DNA of 63,937 nucleotides, filler included, from Chiloscyllium plagiosum (lineage: Eukaryota), in the NCBI RefSeq assembly GCF_004010195.1. It is 4 parts of one record of this genome, joined end to end, with 100 filler letters (N's around TTAATTAATTAA, not from the genome) between each part and the next. Parts side by side here need not be neighbours in the genome. Positions count along the whole stretch, not along the records: positions 1 to 30,147 come from NC_057716.1; 3 more parts are not named here. The stretch is one strand, 5' to 3'. Of the stretch, positions 12,280 through 25,339 are shown one piece after another. Position numbers and translations under genes: made by a program. How positions within the stretch are numbered: position 1 is the stretch's first letter; each line of letters opens with the position of its first letter. The notes below the pieces were generated by a model that worked only from the letters and a program-made list of their open reading frames with translations, was not told the DNA's origin and did no database searches.

Positions 12280-13390
12280 TGGTTCCTTGACCCTTCTCAA
12301 CTATTTGACAAGATAATGGCTATTATGTAATCTGAACTGCATTTCCCTGTCTACTCCCATATGCTTTGACTTTCTTGTTAGACAACGATCTGTTAACTTT
12401 GCCTTAAAAATACTGAATGACCCTGCTCTCTCGGGCTGAGAATTCCACAAACTAATAACACTCAAAGAAGAAAACTTCAGTATCTTCACCTGAAATCAGT
12501 GATTTTGTTCAAATTGTAGCACCAATTCTATTTTCTTCCACAAGGAAAAACATCAGTTTGGCACCCACCCACTTATGTCCCGTCCTGATCTTAGATATTT
12601 GAAAAATATTTGATATTTGACCTTTCTTCTAAATTCCAAAGCATGCTGCCCCAACCTGTTCAGCAAACTCATAAACCCAGGAATAGTGAAGTAAATTTTC
12701 TCCGAAAAGCTTAAAATACAAGTATATTCTTTATTAAATGTTGTGACCAAATCTATGCAGTTTACTAGATATTGCGCTCCAATACAGTGTGCCACTGGAA
12801 CAAATTCTCCTACATTTGTTTTTCCATTCCCTTGCAATTTAAAACAGTCTATTTGCTTTGCTAACCGGTTGCTGTACCTATATGCTAACTTCTTTTGGAA
12901 TTACTGTACCAGGAAGCCATATGCTTCTGCAGAGTTCTGCATTGTCTTTCCAGTTTAAAAGTATGCTGTTTTTTTCTATTCTCCCTGTCAGAATGGGCAC
13001 ATTTACATGTTCCTCACACCAGAGTGCACCAAATGTTTGCCCACTCAACCTGTCTCTGCCCCTTTTGCAGATTCCTTATGCCTAAATCACAACTGATTTT
13101 CTAGCCAAGCTTCATGCGATCAACAATTTTAGCAACTGTACATTCAGTCCCTTTATCCACACCATTGATCTAGGTTGTAAATAGTTGAGACCCCCAGCAC
13201 TGATCATTCTACTCAATACGTATTTAACCAACCTGAAAATATTGTTTCCTTTTATCTAACCAACACTTGATCCATGTTAATAGGTTACCCCTGACAGTTT
13301 ATTTTATGCAGTAATCTTTAATGTGGCACATGGTCAGATGTCTTCTAGGGGAATGAATACTCCACACCTGCAGATTCTCCTTTATCCCTT
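12280..13390 (-). mobile_element. Old diverged CR1 LINE fragment
   Basis: Minus-strand ISLWNSQPE and degraded RT sequence (CCCCAGCACTGATC = GSVLG antisense). Confidence 0.65.
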
Positions 13391-13404
13391 TTAGTGGACG
13401 TGAT

Positions 13405-15452
13405 ATATGACACTGGTAGTATTACTGAATCAGTAATCAAGAGACCCATGCTACTGTTCTGAGAAATAAATTTCATTTCCACCACAGCAGATTGTGAAAT
13501 TTACTTTTAGCAAAGTCCTTGTGGAGGCGAAGTCACCTTCACGCTGAGAATGCCTTCCCTGGTGTTTTGTGGCTCTATTACTGCACTAAATGGACTTTAA
13601 ACAAATCTGACAAGAAGACTGGGCATCCATGAGGTGCTTGGGCCATCAGGTGCAGAATCATACTCAAACACAATCTGCAACTTCATGGTCTGGCATATCC
13701 TCCACTTGACCATTGCCATCAAGCCAGGGAATCTACCCTGGTTTGATGGAGAGTGCAGGAGTTAATGCCAGGAGCAGCAACAGATGTATTTAAAGATGAA
13801 TCAACATAGTGAAACTACAAAACGGGACCTTTGTGTACCAAACAGCATAAGCAACAAGTGATGGACCATGCTCAGTGATCCTGCATCCGACAGATCAAAT
13901 GTCTGCAATCTTGCTGCATCCTGAATTGAATGACAGTGGACAGTTATATAACTTGCAAAAATCCCCATTTTCAATGATAGAAAAGTCCAGCAAATCACTG
14001 CAAAAGATAAGGCTGAAGCATTCACAACATTGACTTAGCCAGAAGTGCTAAGTGGATGATCCATCTCTGCCGCCTACAGTTGTCCTCATCGGCACAGATG
14101 CTAGTTTTCTGCTGATTTGATTGATGACATATGATATCAATAAATGATTGGAAGCACTGATTACTGCCAGTGCTATGGACCCTGACACAATTCTGGCAAA
14201 AGTACTGAAGACTTGTGCTCCAGAGCTTACTGTACCCTCACCAAACTGTTCCAGTATACCTACAACACTGGCATCTACCCGATCATTGATATCAAAGCCC
14301 CTTTCAATCAAGTGTGACATCAAGGAACCTGAGCAAAACTGGAATTAAGGGGACAAAAACAGAAGTTGCTGGAAAAGTTCAACAGGTCTGGCAGCACCTA
14401 TGAAGAGAAATCCAAGTTAACATTTCGGGTCTGGTGACCCTTAGGACTAATGGTAGCGAGGAAAGCGTTCAGTTGGAATCAAGGAGAGTCAGGTAACTTC
14501 TCTGCTGGTTGGAGTCTTACCTGACATGTGGGAAGGTGATGATTGTTGAAGGTCAGCCTTCTCCACTTGAAGACATTTCTTAAGGATAGTGTCCCAAGCC
14601 CCGTCATCTTCGAGCAACCTTCCCTCCATCATAAGGTCAGAGTGCGGGTGTTTGCAATGTTCAGCACCATTCACAACTCCTCAGATGCTGAAGCAGTCCA
14701 TGTTCAAATGCACGAAGACCTGGACAATATCCAGGCTTGGGCAAGTGATATCATACCACATAAATGCCAGGCAATGACCATTTCCAATAAGAGATAATCT
14801 AAACACTGCCCCCTAATATTCAGTTACCATCACTGAATCCCTCACTTCCAACAGCCTGGGGATTATCATTGACCAGAATCTCAACTGGAGTAGCTATTTC
14901 AATACAGTGGCTCCAGAGGTTAGGAATATAACAAAGAGTAACTGACTTTATGACTCCCCAAAGCCTGTCCACCATCTATAAAACACATCCAGAGTGTAAT
15001 GGAATCATCCCAACTTCCCTGGATGAGTTCAGTTCCAACAGACTCAGGAACCTTGACACTATCCAGGGTACCGCATCCACAAACATCCCTCCTGTCACTG
15101 ATACTCATTCATAGTAATGTGTACTATCTACAGGTTCACTGTAGAAATTCATCTAAGATCCTAAGCACCTTTCAAATCATGATCTCTTTCATCTAGAAGG
15201 ACAAGGACAAGAAAGAGATAGGAACACACTGCAAGCTCCCCTCTAAGCCACTTGTGTCGCTGTTCCTTCTCTGTCACTCCATCAAACACTTGGAATTCCC
15301 TTCCTCACAGCATTGTTGGTCTACCTGCAGCATGTGGACTACAGCAGTTCAAGAAGACAGCTAATCGCCACCTTTGCAATGGCAACCCAGGTGCATGCAC
15401 AACATGCTGGCCAGACTGCAATCTCCACATCCCATGAGCGAATGGAAAAAAA
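13405..15452 (+). mobile_element. Decayed LINE, second family (CR1/L2-related), with tRNA-like head
   Basis: AMDPDTILAKVLKTCAPEL (GPD-type motif), DLDNIQAWA, LSTIYKTHIQS; A-rich tail; degraded head at 13414-13500. Confidence 0.75.
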
Positions 15453-15459
15453 TTTAGTG

Positions 15460-15745
15460 AAAGAATGATTCCAGGGATGTGATACTTCAGTTCTGCAAAA
15501 AGATTAGAGAAGTTGGGATGGTTTTCGTTGGAGAGAAGACGGCTAAGAGATTGAAAAGAAGTTTTCAAAGTCACAGTGAAGTCAAAAGTGTGATAGAGAC
15601 AGTTTGAGACATTCAAGAAGACATTGGATGACTATTTCTATTTAAATAATGTGTAATGTTACAGGAGGTGGGGGTAGATAGGAGATTTGAAATACATTTT
15701 AATGCACGAAGAGCCTGGATGGGCCAATTGAACTCCTTCAGCACA
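15460..15745 (+). mobile_element. Diverged CR1 3' end
   Basis: AGATTAGAGAAGTTGGGATGGTTTTCGTTGGAGAGAAGACGGCTAAGA (RLEKLGWFSLERRRLR). Confidence 0.6.
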
Positions 15746-15759
15746 GTGGCATGTCTGAA

Positions 15760-17290
15760 TCAGCACACTTCCATGTTGAATGCCACTTGAAAGAAGCATC
15801 AAGGGTGGCAAGGGCTAAATGTCGTCAAGAGAAGGGACTCTAATGTTGATAACCAAATATGGCTCAATAGCTGGGTGAGTTAGCAGAATCCTAAAGGTCA
15901 TAACTGCTGGGTCGTGACAGAACCAAAAAGAACCACAAAGTTGATTGTTTTTTGTTCTCAACAAGCTACCTGTGGCATACATATGTCCATGTCAGAATCG
16001 GTCGGCATGATCTCTGCACAGTTGTGGTGGCACCCCTTCTACACGTTAAAGATTCGGCCCGTTTTGTGTCACAACCTCCTGATAAATAGGACAGGCTGAG
16101 AGCAAAACTAGCAACTGGGCATCCATGAGGTGTTGTGGCCACCAATAACAGAATTGTATTTAGCTACAATCTTTAACTTGGTCTGGCATATCCCTTGCTT
16201 TGTCATTATCATGAAGTCAGGAGAACAACCATGGTTCAGTCAAAAGTAGTGGAGAGTATGACGCCAGGAGCAGCATGAATAGTACTGAAAAATGAAAGGT
16301 TTGCATAATAAAGCTACAATTCCGGATTAACTGCACATCAAATAGCATACAAGAGATGGAGTCAAACGATTCTGCAACCAACAAACAGGCTGAAGTCCTG
16401 TGGTCCAGGCACGTCAATTTTGAATGGTGGTGCCCCAAGTCAAATTGTTTCTGTGCAGATACAACATTTTACTGCTTGCCACTTTGTCAGGTAGATGGCA
16501 ATGAGACATCTACCAGGGGGTTGAAGGTACAGTATTCCCATCCCCTCAGATGGGAGAATCCAGCACAACAGTTAAGAAAACTAAGCTGAAACATTTGAAT
16601 CCTTTTTCAACCAGAAGTAGCTCATCTGCCCTCCACTTTCTCTTGAAGTCCTTGAATCTCAGGTGCTCGTCTTCGACTAATTCATTTCACTCCTATGGTA
16701 TAAAGGAACTGTTGAAGGCTGTGAATACTGCAAATGCTATAGGCCCTGACAACATTTATGGTAATAATACCTAAGACTGATGCTTAGCTAGCCTGATTGT
16801 AGCTAAGCTGTTCCAGTGCAGCCATAACGTTAACATCTCCCCGACAATGGAAAACTGCCCAGGTATGCTCTGTACTAAAAGCAAGACAAATCTAACCTAG
16901 CCAGTTGACACCCCTTCAGTTGACACTCAGTTATCAACAAAGTGATGGAAGGGGTTGATGGTTGTGCTGTCAGGCAGCACCTGTGCAGCAGTATCCTGCT
17001 TGTTGACATTGAGTTCTGCCAGTATCACTTCACTCTTGATTTCATTATAACGTTGATCAAAACATTAACAAAAAAGATCATCTTCCGAGTTGCAGATGGT
17101 AGTGGCTACCATCAACATGATCAGCATTTGACCAAGTCTAACATCAAGTCTTGTTTCTGGTAATTGGGGAAAACTTTCTATTTGGGATCACACCTGGCAC
17201 AAAGTAAGATGGTGTTGGTGAAAGTCAACTCTGACATTGTGACACTGTTCACTGCACCATGCTCAATCCAAATTGTGATTCCTCCAGAAT
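15760..17290 (+). mobile_element. Decayed second-family LINE (EN-RT remnants)
   Basis: Parallels 13600-14700; NTANAIGPDNI and KQDKSNLAS motifs. Confidence 0.65.
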
Positions 17291-17523
17291 AAAAAAAATT
17301 GGTGGATGCTGGAATACTGAAACAAAAGCAGAAGTTGCTGGAGAACGCCAGCAGTCTGGCAGCATCTGTGGAGTGAAAGCAGAGTTAACATTTTCAGTTT
17401 AATGACCCTTCAGAACTGATCGTAGCTGGGAAAGGTGGTCCTTTATTTGCTTTGTTTGACCCTTGTAGAGTAAAATTTTAATTTTGTTTCAACCATAGAA
17501 TCTTGTAGTTTCATACTTCCAGT

Positions 17524-18140
17524 TGTTAGGTTATTTTTCCAAGGTTTCACACATGAGATGCAATTCGCACACAGCAACTTCTGCAAACAGTTAAAGTTTA
17601 TTAAAGCCTGTACAAGTTAGGTCACCCCCCCCCTTTGACAATCTTTGTCGGCATGCAAAGTAGAGGCAAAGAGGCCCCAAACAAAGAAAACACATTCCCT
17701 TTATACAGGTCAGTTGGTAATGATTACAGGTACTCTGGCCACTTCAACCCTTCCCCCCCCACCCCACTCTCCGAACCACATGCTACCACAGATACAATGG
17801 TAGGATGAGGTCATCCTCGCCGTCAATATAAATGCCAAAGAGGCCCCAAACAAAGAAAACACATTCCCTTTATACAGGTCAGTTGGTAATGAATACAGGT
17901 ACTCTGGCCACTTCAACCCTTCCCCCCCACCCCACTCTCCGAACCACATGCTACCACAGGTACAATGGTAGGATGAGGTCATCCTCGCCGTCAATATAAA
18001 TGCCCAAGTCCTGGGGAATCATAACGCAAACAATTTCCTGACTCAGTGATTCCCCAAGACAGAGTATGTGTTGAGATATGTCCTAGCTTCAGGGGCAGCC
18101 CTGCAAACGAGTTCTATTTCCGCTACTTCCCCAGACAATG
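17524..18140 (-). mobile_element. LTR-like segment containing a tandem duplication
   Basis: Starts TGTT; minus-strand AATAAA near 17598 and TATAAA near 17700; boundaries uncertain. Confidence 0.35.
17667..18004. repeat. Tandem duplication, 2 x ~169 bp
   Basis: Copies start at 17667 and 17836 and differ by 2 substitutions and 1 C-run indel. Confidence 0.95.
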
Positions 18141-18252
18141 TGGGTGTGGTAGGCTTCAATATAAGGGGATGATCAATCAAACCAATTTGATTGGCTGGGG
18201 GATGGCTATGAAAGCACTTCTGAATTTAACAGACTGAATGAGAGTTTAACTA

Positions 18253-18358
18253 GGAGAAAGTGAGGACTGCAGATTGCTGGAGTACCAGAGTTGAAAGGCT
18301 TATATCCTCGGATGCTGCCTGGCCTGCTATGTTTTACCAGCACCACATTTTTCAACTC
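18253..18358. mobile_element. Collapsed Penelope fold-back mini-element (subfamily B)
   Basis: GGAGAAAGTGAGGACTGCAG...CCTCGGATGCTGCC...CACATTTTTCAACTC; TGAGAGTTT on both sides. Confidence 0.7.
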
Positions 18359-19424
18359 TGAGAGTTTGATTTGATAATAGCAGTAGAATAGTAATAAATG
18401 GCTGCCCAAATAAAGTGTGAGCCATCCACATTACTGCATGAATATCGTGCTCACCCAGTTCCAGAATGTTCAGCTTCTGGAGAAAGGCAGTCTAGTTTAA
18501 CCCTTTAACATGGCATTAATGTCCAGAGAGAGAGTACAATTTAATCTTTTAACATTACACAGTAAATAACTCAGATTTTGGATCTTTGCTCTTTGAAAAG
18601 TTTATCATAAAACCAAAACATAAATAGCTGTCTACAGCTGGAGTAGAAATCAAGTACTGCACATGCTGGAGATCTGAAATAAAAACAAAAAGTACTGGAG
18701 AATCTTAGCAGATCTGGCAGCATCTGTGGTTGATGTGTAATGATCAAAATATTAATGTTTTGACTGTTTGGAACTAAAGGGGGCTGGAAAGATAATGGCT
18801 TTTATCCCTTAACAGAAGTGAGAGGGGAAGGCCAAGGGAGGGCGAGTGGTTGTGGAGAAAGCATAAATGTAAATAGTCAAAAATAGGTCAGTGCACTCTT
18901 CACTGATATTTGTTTTAAGTTACCATTAACACTCTCGTTGCCTCTTGCTCTGAGGCACCTTTACTGTCTGTTCCATTTCTCTTCCCCACGTTTTAAAGCA
19001 TAAACCATTGTTTTTCCCAGCCCCCTTATATTGAAAGCTGGAAGTCAAGTATATTCAGATTGTATCATTCCTTGGGGCAGGTCACCAGATAACCCTCCTA
19101 AGACCACCTCTACGAACTTTAGTAACAAATATCCATTGCTGTTATCCCTCATCTATCCTTGAAACCCTCAGCATGCCTTTATCTCTTCTCAACTTAAGTA
19201 TCTAGTGTTTGCTTGTAATATCTGATATAAACTTCAGTGTGTTTGGAATTTTGCAGTCCATTTCCTTTCTTGCAAAATCATCACCCCCCCGCGCCTGAAG
19301 AATGCCTGTTCTTGTTGTGCTTTATTGGCTTCCAGTCCAGTAATTTCAAATCAAATTCCTTGTATTTAACTCTGTCTCTACATCCTCCACCAGTACTATA
19401 TCCCCTCTTCCCGTCTTAACAGTT

Positions 19425-20480
19425 CAAAAGAAAGAACAAAAGACAAGTACAGCACAGGACAGGCCCTTGAGCCCTCCAAACCTGTACCAATCATCATGGT
19501 AAACTAAACTAGACTTAGAAGGTTTTTTTTGACTTTGTTCAGTCCATATCCCTCTATGCCTTCTCTATTCGTGTAATCATCCAGATGTCACTAACATGTC
19601 TGCTTCCACCATCTCAGTGCGCTCCAGGCTCCCACCCGACTCTATGTAAAAAAAAAACTTCCCTCACACATCTCCCTTAAACTTTCCCCCTCTGATCTTG
19701 AACATGTACCCCCTTATAAATGAAACTTCATCCCTGGAAAATAAAACCTCTGAATGTCCACCCTATCTCTGCCCCTCAATTTTGTCGAACTCTATTAGGT
19801 CTCCTCTCAGCCGTTGTCTTTCCAGAGAAAACAGTCCTAGTCTTTTCAAATTTTCCTCATAGCTAATGTCCTCGAGACCAGGCAACATTTTGGTTTCTCT
19901 GCACTTGCTCCAAAGCTTCCATGTCTGCAAATGGCAACCAAAACTGCACACAATACTCCCAAGTGCAGCCTAACAAGGTTTAATTGGCTGCAACATGGTT
20001 TGCTGACTCCTGTACTCCATGCCCTGGCCGATGAAGGCAAGTATGCCACATGCCTCCTTAATCACCTTGGCCACCTGTGTTGCCATTTTTAGGGAACTGT
20101 GGACTTGCATGCCCAGATCCGTCATTATGTTAATGTTCCTAAGGGTGCTGCCATTTCCAGTATAATTCACACCTAAATTTGATTCTGCAAAATGCATCAC
20201 CTTCCCTTTGTCTGGAATAAACTCTTTTCTGCCATTTCTGTGGCCAAGTTGCCAATCTGTCTATATTCTGTTGTCTCCCTTCACAATTGTCGGCACTATT
20301 AGCAACTCCACCAATCATCTTGTTACCTGCCAAATTAGTAATCAGACCAGTCACATTTTCCTCCAGATCATTTATCGAAACTGCAAACAACAGAGGACCT
20401 AAGACTGATCCCTTTGGAACACCGGTCTCCATTCTCAAAAACACCCTTCCACTGCTACCCTTTGTCTTCTCTGACCATGT
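19425..20480 (-). mobile_element. CR1 LINE 3' fragment
   Basis: [37 protein letters not shown]. Confidence 0.9.
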
Positions 20481-21496
20481 GACTCTAACCTTTTGTGCAA
20501 CCCTTTGTTTTAGCTCCAGTTCAAAATTCACAAGCCTTTTGGTTATCCCTTGCTAATCTCTCCTTTGACTCAAAATCGCCTTTTATACCAAATGTCTCCA
20601 AAGTTCCTTGTGGCATTTCGTGCTTCAAAGTTGTCACATAGTTTTGGAATGATTTTTCAAGTTCAAACTTGCTTTGTTATTTATTGACCACTATATTTGG
20701 CAAAAGGTTTTTAGGGAATTTGGTTGTTAGCAAATCTCTTGGATAAAACTGTGTTGCTTCTGAGAAATCACAGATCAACCTTAACCCAGTTGAAATCCTT
20801 GTGGTATTTTATGTACTTGAATGTGGATGTCTAAATGCACATCTTGTTTCTCTGAAGTCTGTAGTATCGATACTAAACCAAGTGATCAGAATAATACTCT
20901 TCTAGTAGTTAAGCGCGAATGGTGTCATTCAGAAAACTAACAGGACGGATCATTCTTTTTTGGAATGTTGAATGAAGTTGCGTAATATTGTGGTCTGAGA
21001 TGTTCTTTATGTTAGGTTTACCTTCTTAAATTTTAATTTCTCAAACTATCCTCTTCTCTCCTCCATGATACAATTCATCTCAGAATAGCTCAGAAAAGGA
21101 AAGATGAAATTGTATGGGTGAAACTAATGGTTGCTTATTTGTATTAAGCCTCCCATTTTATTTCTTACAACCTTGGGAGTTTTTCTTCTGGAAAAAGTTC
21201 TAAATTGTAGCTCAGTTGTATGGTGTCATGTGGTGTCTTTAACATCATAAAACGTTCCAAGGTGCTTTAAAGCAGTCAATCAATATTGGGATATAAGCAA
21301 TTGCTATGAAACACTTGGGCTAAGAGTGAAGTTGTAATAAACATCTTCAAAGGCTGAAAGACTGAGAGAATTAGAGGTTAGGGTCTTGACACTGAGGATA
21401 GGCCACAAAAGCTGGAAAGTTGAAATTCGCGATATCACAAATTGAGAATATTTTTAAGTTGAGAGGTGAAATTTTTTTTTAAACGAGGCAATTGTT

Positions 21497-21672
21497 TTTA
21501 CACAGGCAGTGATAGATGTGGGTACAGTTATCATCTTTTAAAAGACATTTGGATAAGTACATGAATAAGAAATGTTTGGAGGGATACGGGCCAAGCACAG
21601 GCAGGCTGTTGTAGTTTGGGATTATGGTTGGATTGATGGGTCTATTCCCATGCTGTATGACTCTGACTCTAT
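21497..21672 (+). mobile_element. CR1 3' end
   Basis: TTTAAAAGACATTTGGATAAGTACATG...GCTGTATGACTCTGACTCTA tail. Confidence 0.8.
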
Positions 21673-22034
21673 AATTTTGCAAAATTACAAAAAAAATGTA
21701 ATAAATCTGAGAAATCGAAACATTTGAGAAACCAGCAAATGCAACCAGAAAGCTAGTCTGAGGATTTTACGTTAAAGCAAAAAAAAGTGAGTAAATAAGC
21801 CAGAGTTCTAAAAACAGGTTCTGAGCGCTTTTGTAAGTGTTACAAAAGGAAGAGAATAACTTAAGTTTTCATTCGTGCCTTAAGAGCAGGAGAGATTATC
21901 ATGGGGAATGTGCAAATAAGAAGCATGGAAAAAATATTTTGAGTAGAAGGCACAAGTATCATAGCAAAAATGGACAGTAACTGAGGGGCTAAAGACTGTG
22001 GGAAATAAAGGAAATTAATAGTATTAGAGACTGG

Positions 22035-22205
22035 AAAATATAGGAGCAGAAGTAAACCATATGGTCCCTGGAATTTACTCTGCCATTCAATGAAATAATG
22101 GCTGTTTTGATAATCCTGAACTCTAATTTTATACCTTCGCCCTGTAATCCTTGTTCCCTTACTGAATAGAAATCTGTGTGTCTCAGACTTGAATGCAACC
22201 CAGCT
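22035..22205 (-). mobile_element. Old CR1 3' end
   Basis: ATAGGAGCAGAAGTAAACCAT...CTCTGCCATTCAATG. Confidence 0.55.
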
Positions 22206-22831
22206 TCATCAGTAAAAAAAAATAAGTGGATCGGTTCTTTAACAATGACGAGACCGAGCATTGGATGGAGATAAACAGCTCACTGGCATGATTTCTCCCT
22301 CAATGTCAGTAAAATGAATGAACTGGTCATTGACCAGGAAGTGGAGTAGAGGACATACCCTTGCCTGTATCAATGGTGTTGAGGTGGAGATGGTGGAGAG
22401 CATGAAGTTCCTCGCAATAAATATCACCAAAAGTCTGTGCAGAATAGGTGGATTAGTCGTGGTAATCCACATCGATGCTACAATCAAGAAAGCACACCAA
22501 TGCCTCGACCTCCTCCAAAAAAGGCTAATGAAATTTGGCGTGTCCACAATGATCCTTGCGAATTTTTATAGATCCACCATAGAAAGCATCCTATCGGAAT
22601 GCATCACAGCTTTGTATAGCAACTTCTGAGACTGAAATAAATTAGCGTTGCAAATACAGTGCAGTCCATCATGCAAACCAGCTTTCCATCCATTGACTAA
22701 ACTTTCTGCTGCCTTGGGAAAGCAGCTGATACAATCAAAGATCCCTCCAACCCCGATTACGCACTCTTTGACACTCTTGCAGGCAGAAGATACAAATGTT
22801 TGAAACTGTACAGATTCAAGAATAACATTTA

Positions 22832-23112
22832 GCCTGTCAAGTCCACACTGACCCTCCAAAAAGCATCTCACCCAGACCCACCCCCATCACCCTGCATTTC
22901 CCATGACTAACCCACCGAGCCTGCACGTCCCTGGACTCTATGGGCAATTCAGCATGGCCAGTCCACCTAACCTGCACATCTTTAGACTGTGGGAGGAAAC
23001 TGGAACACCTGGAGGAAAGCCACGCAGACTATGCAGAATGTGCAAACTCCACACAGTCACATAGGTCCCTGGCGCTATGAGGCAGCAGTGCTAACCACTG
23101 AGCCACTAAGCT
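22832..23112 (-). mobile_element. HE1-like V-SINE (older copy)
   Basis: GCAGCAGTGCTAACCACTGAGCCAC head and CTGTGGGAGGAAAC V-domain on the minus strand. Confidence 0.85.
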
Positions 23113-23294
23113 CCTTACCTGCTGTTATCAGACTTTAGAACAAACCTCTCGTATATTAAATTTGATCTTTTTCTGCACCTTTTCTGTGGCTGTTGCACTA
23201 TATTCTACGTTCTGTTCTGTCAGGTTTGATTAGCCTGGATAACATGCACAACAATACTTATCGTTGTATCTTGGTACATGTGACAATAATAAAG

Positions 23295-23417
23295 GAGAAA
23301 GTGAGGACTGCAGATGCTGGAGATCAGAGCTGAAAATGTGTTGCTGGAAAAGCACAGCAGGTCAGGCAGCATCCAAGGAGCAGGAGACTCGACATTTCGG
23401 GCATGAGCCCTTCTTCA
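23295..23417 (-). mobile_element. Penelope mini-element (subfamily B) with hammerhead core
   Basis: 13-bp TSD GACAATAATAAAG (23282-23294, 23418-23430); minus strand CUGAAGA-A-GGGC-UCAU-GCCC-GAAAU-GUC. Confidence 0.85.
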
Positions 23418-23499
23418 GACAATAATAAAGCAAATCAAATTAAAATGTAAGTAAATTAAATTGGCCAATGACTGGAATCTGTGATGCTGGGGACCTCAG

Positions 23500-24310
23500 G
23501 TGGAGACTGAGATGGATGATCCACTGAATAGTTCTCACTGGAAATTGCTGCCAATACTTCAGCCTTACCTATTGCTCAAATTTGGGCTCCCCCAACGAGG
23601 ATGGGAATATTTGTAGAGCAGACACCTTGAGGCAGTTGTTTAATTACCCAACACCATTCATGACTGGATGGTGACATGACCTGTGAATGAAATTCAAGTA
23701 ATTCTGTTTTGTAGTTTTAACATGACATCTTGTTTTTATATACTAATGCTGCTCCTGGTAAACCATCCTGCACTTTTCATGGCCACAGTAAAGGTAGTTT
23801 TGGGGGGGGGGGTGCAGGGGCAGGCAGGGGAGGGACGTTATGCCAGATCATGGCATTGCAAATTGTGTTTGAAACCAAATCTGCAATGCTGATGGCCCAC
23901 AGCATGTCATGGATGGCCAGTTTTGAATTACTAGATCTGTTCAAAATGGTTATTTAACACTATGCTGCATAATGTGATATATGTATCCTCACTGTGAAAA
24001 ACAGGACTTCTGCTCCACAAGGACATGCAGTGGTCACTCTCACCAGCATTGGCGTGGGCAGATTGGTGAGGATGAGAACAAGTGCGGTTTTCAATTTTAT
24101 TGGCTCAATCATCACCTGCTACAGATTAGTTGTGTCATTTCACATTGGATCAACTTGATCAGTTGTGGCACTGCCAAGCCACATTCAGTGATGAATATTG
24201 GAGTCCATTTAGTGAACCTGCAGTATATACTACACACTTTCCAACCTCTGTGCTTCTTCCAAATGGCGTTCAACATGGAAGACTGATTCATCAGCTGAGA
24301 GTGTTTGTGT
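23500..24310 (-). mobile_element. Decayed second-family LINE
   Basis: Reverse complement of motifs at 13610-13650 and 15770-15870 (CATGGATGGCCAGTTTTG; CCAAATGGCGTTCAACATGG). Confidence 0.6.
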
Positions 24311-24808
24311 ACATGTGTGTGTAGGAAAGGTTGACTTTTAGTCAGTGAATATTATATCAATTACTGTACTTCCCATAACCTTTCATGCCAACTTTTGGCC
24401 TTCCTGTACTTTGACCTGAGCAGTACAATCACCTTGCCGCATTTGATAAATTACTTCATATATCTCCTCTTATCATCAATGTATCATGATGGATAGCTAT
24501 TTCAGCTTCCTGATGCTTTCAGATTTAGCGATTCGCAAACTTACTTGATGAACTATATTTCTAATAATTAGCCCTGGCTAAATTGTTTCAGCTGTATGAT
24601 CCTACGTCTTAATGTGATAGTTTGATCTTGCCCCAACTTTAAAACTTGTCTCCTTTTGATTAGTTAACCCGCTTCCATCTTTGGCATTTTTCATTTGTTA
24701 AACCCCTCTTTAGGTCAATATTGACATCTGTAATTCCTGTAATTCTGTAGTTCAGTCTTAAAGTAATTCTCATCCTCCCCCATTACCTTAAAATAAAATA
24801 CATTCTAT

Positions 24809-24928
24809 TCTCTCTCTCTCCTCTCTCTCCTCTCTCTCCTCTCTCTCCTCTCTCTCCTCTCTCTCCTCTCTCTCCTCTCTCTCCTCTCTCTCCTCTCTCT
24901 TCTCTCTCTTCTCTCTCTTCTCTCTCTC
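24809..24928. repeat. Polypyrimidine simple repeat, 9-bp unit (CCTCTCTCT)n
   Basis: Seen directly; produces the spurious ERE-repeat ORF on the minus strand. Confidence 0.95.
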
Positions 24929-25339
24929 CATATGATCTCTGCCACCCACCACCTTAACATTGCTATCTGTAGCTGTAATCTTTGATTGCTTCATTGGCTG
25001 CTTTTCCACAGACAACCTTTAATTCTCATCTGAGCACAGACAACAATTTTGCAGCATTCTGGATACAATGGTGTGCATTGGAAGGTTTGTATCACAGTCA
25101 GGTACACGGCCAGAAATCATGGGCCCCCATACTGTTGCTTGCCTGGAATCTCAGCTCCCTGACCCAGAAACAGTAGGACACAGATATCGGGTCATCTCTG
25201 GTTCCTAATTACAGTGCCTTCATTTCTCGAACTGAATCTCTTCAAATATACACTGAACATGTCTTATTTTTGTTCAATAATTAGTTATATTTAAAGCACA
25301 TCTGTAGCAGTATACATAGAAGAAATTTTCTACTGTTGT

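Larger units (their letters stand above)
22240..23440 (+). mobile_element. Rex1/Babar LINE 3' fragment (interrupted)
   Basis: INGVEVEMVESMKFL, KKAHQCL, NFYRSTIESILSECITALY; tail ACATGTGACAATAATAAA...CAAATCAAAT. Confidence 0.82.

Noticed and set aside
24788..25015. ERE-repeat ORF
   Set aside because: Translation of a simple repeat.
25012..25101. Exon-like segment TTFNSHLSTDNNFAAFWIQWCALEG
   Set aside because: Weak donor sites and no recognisable protein.
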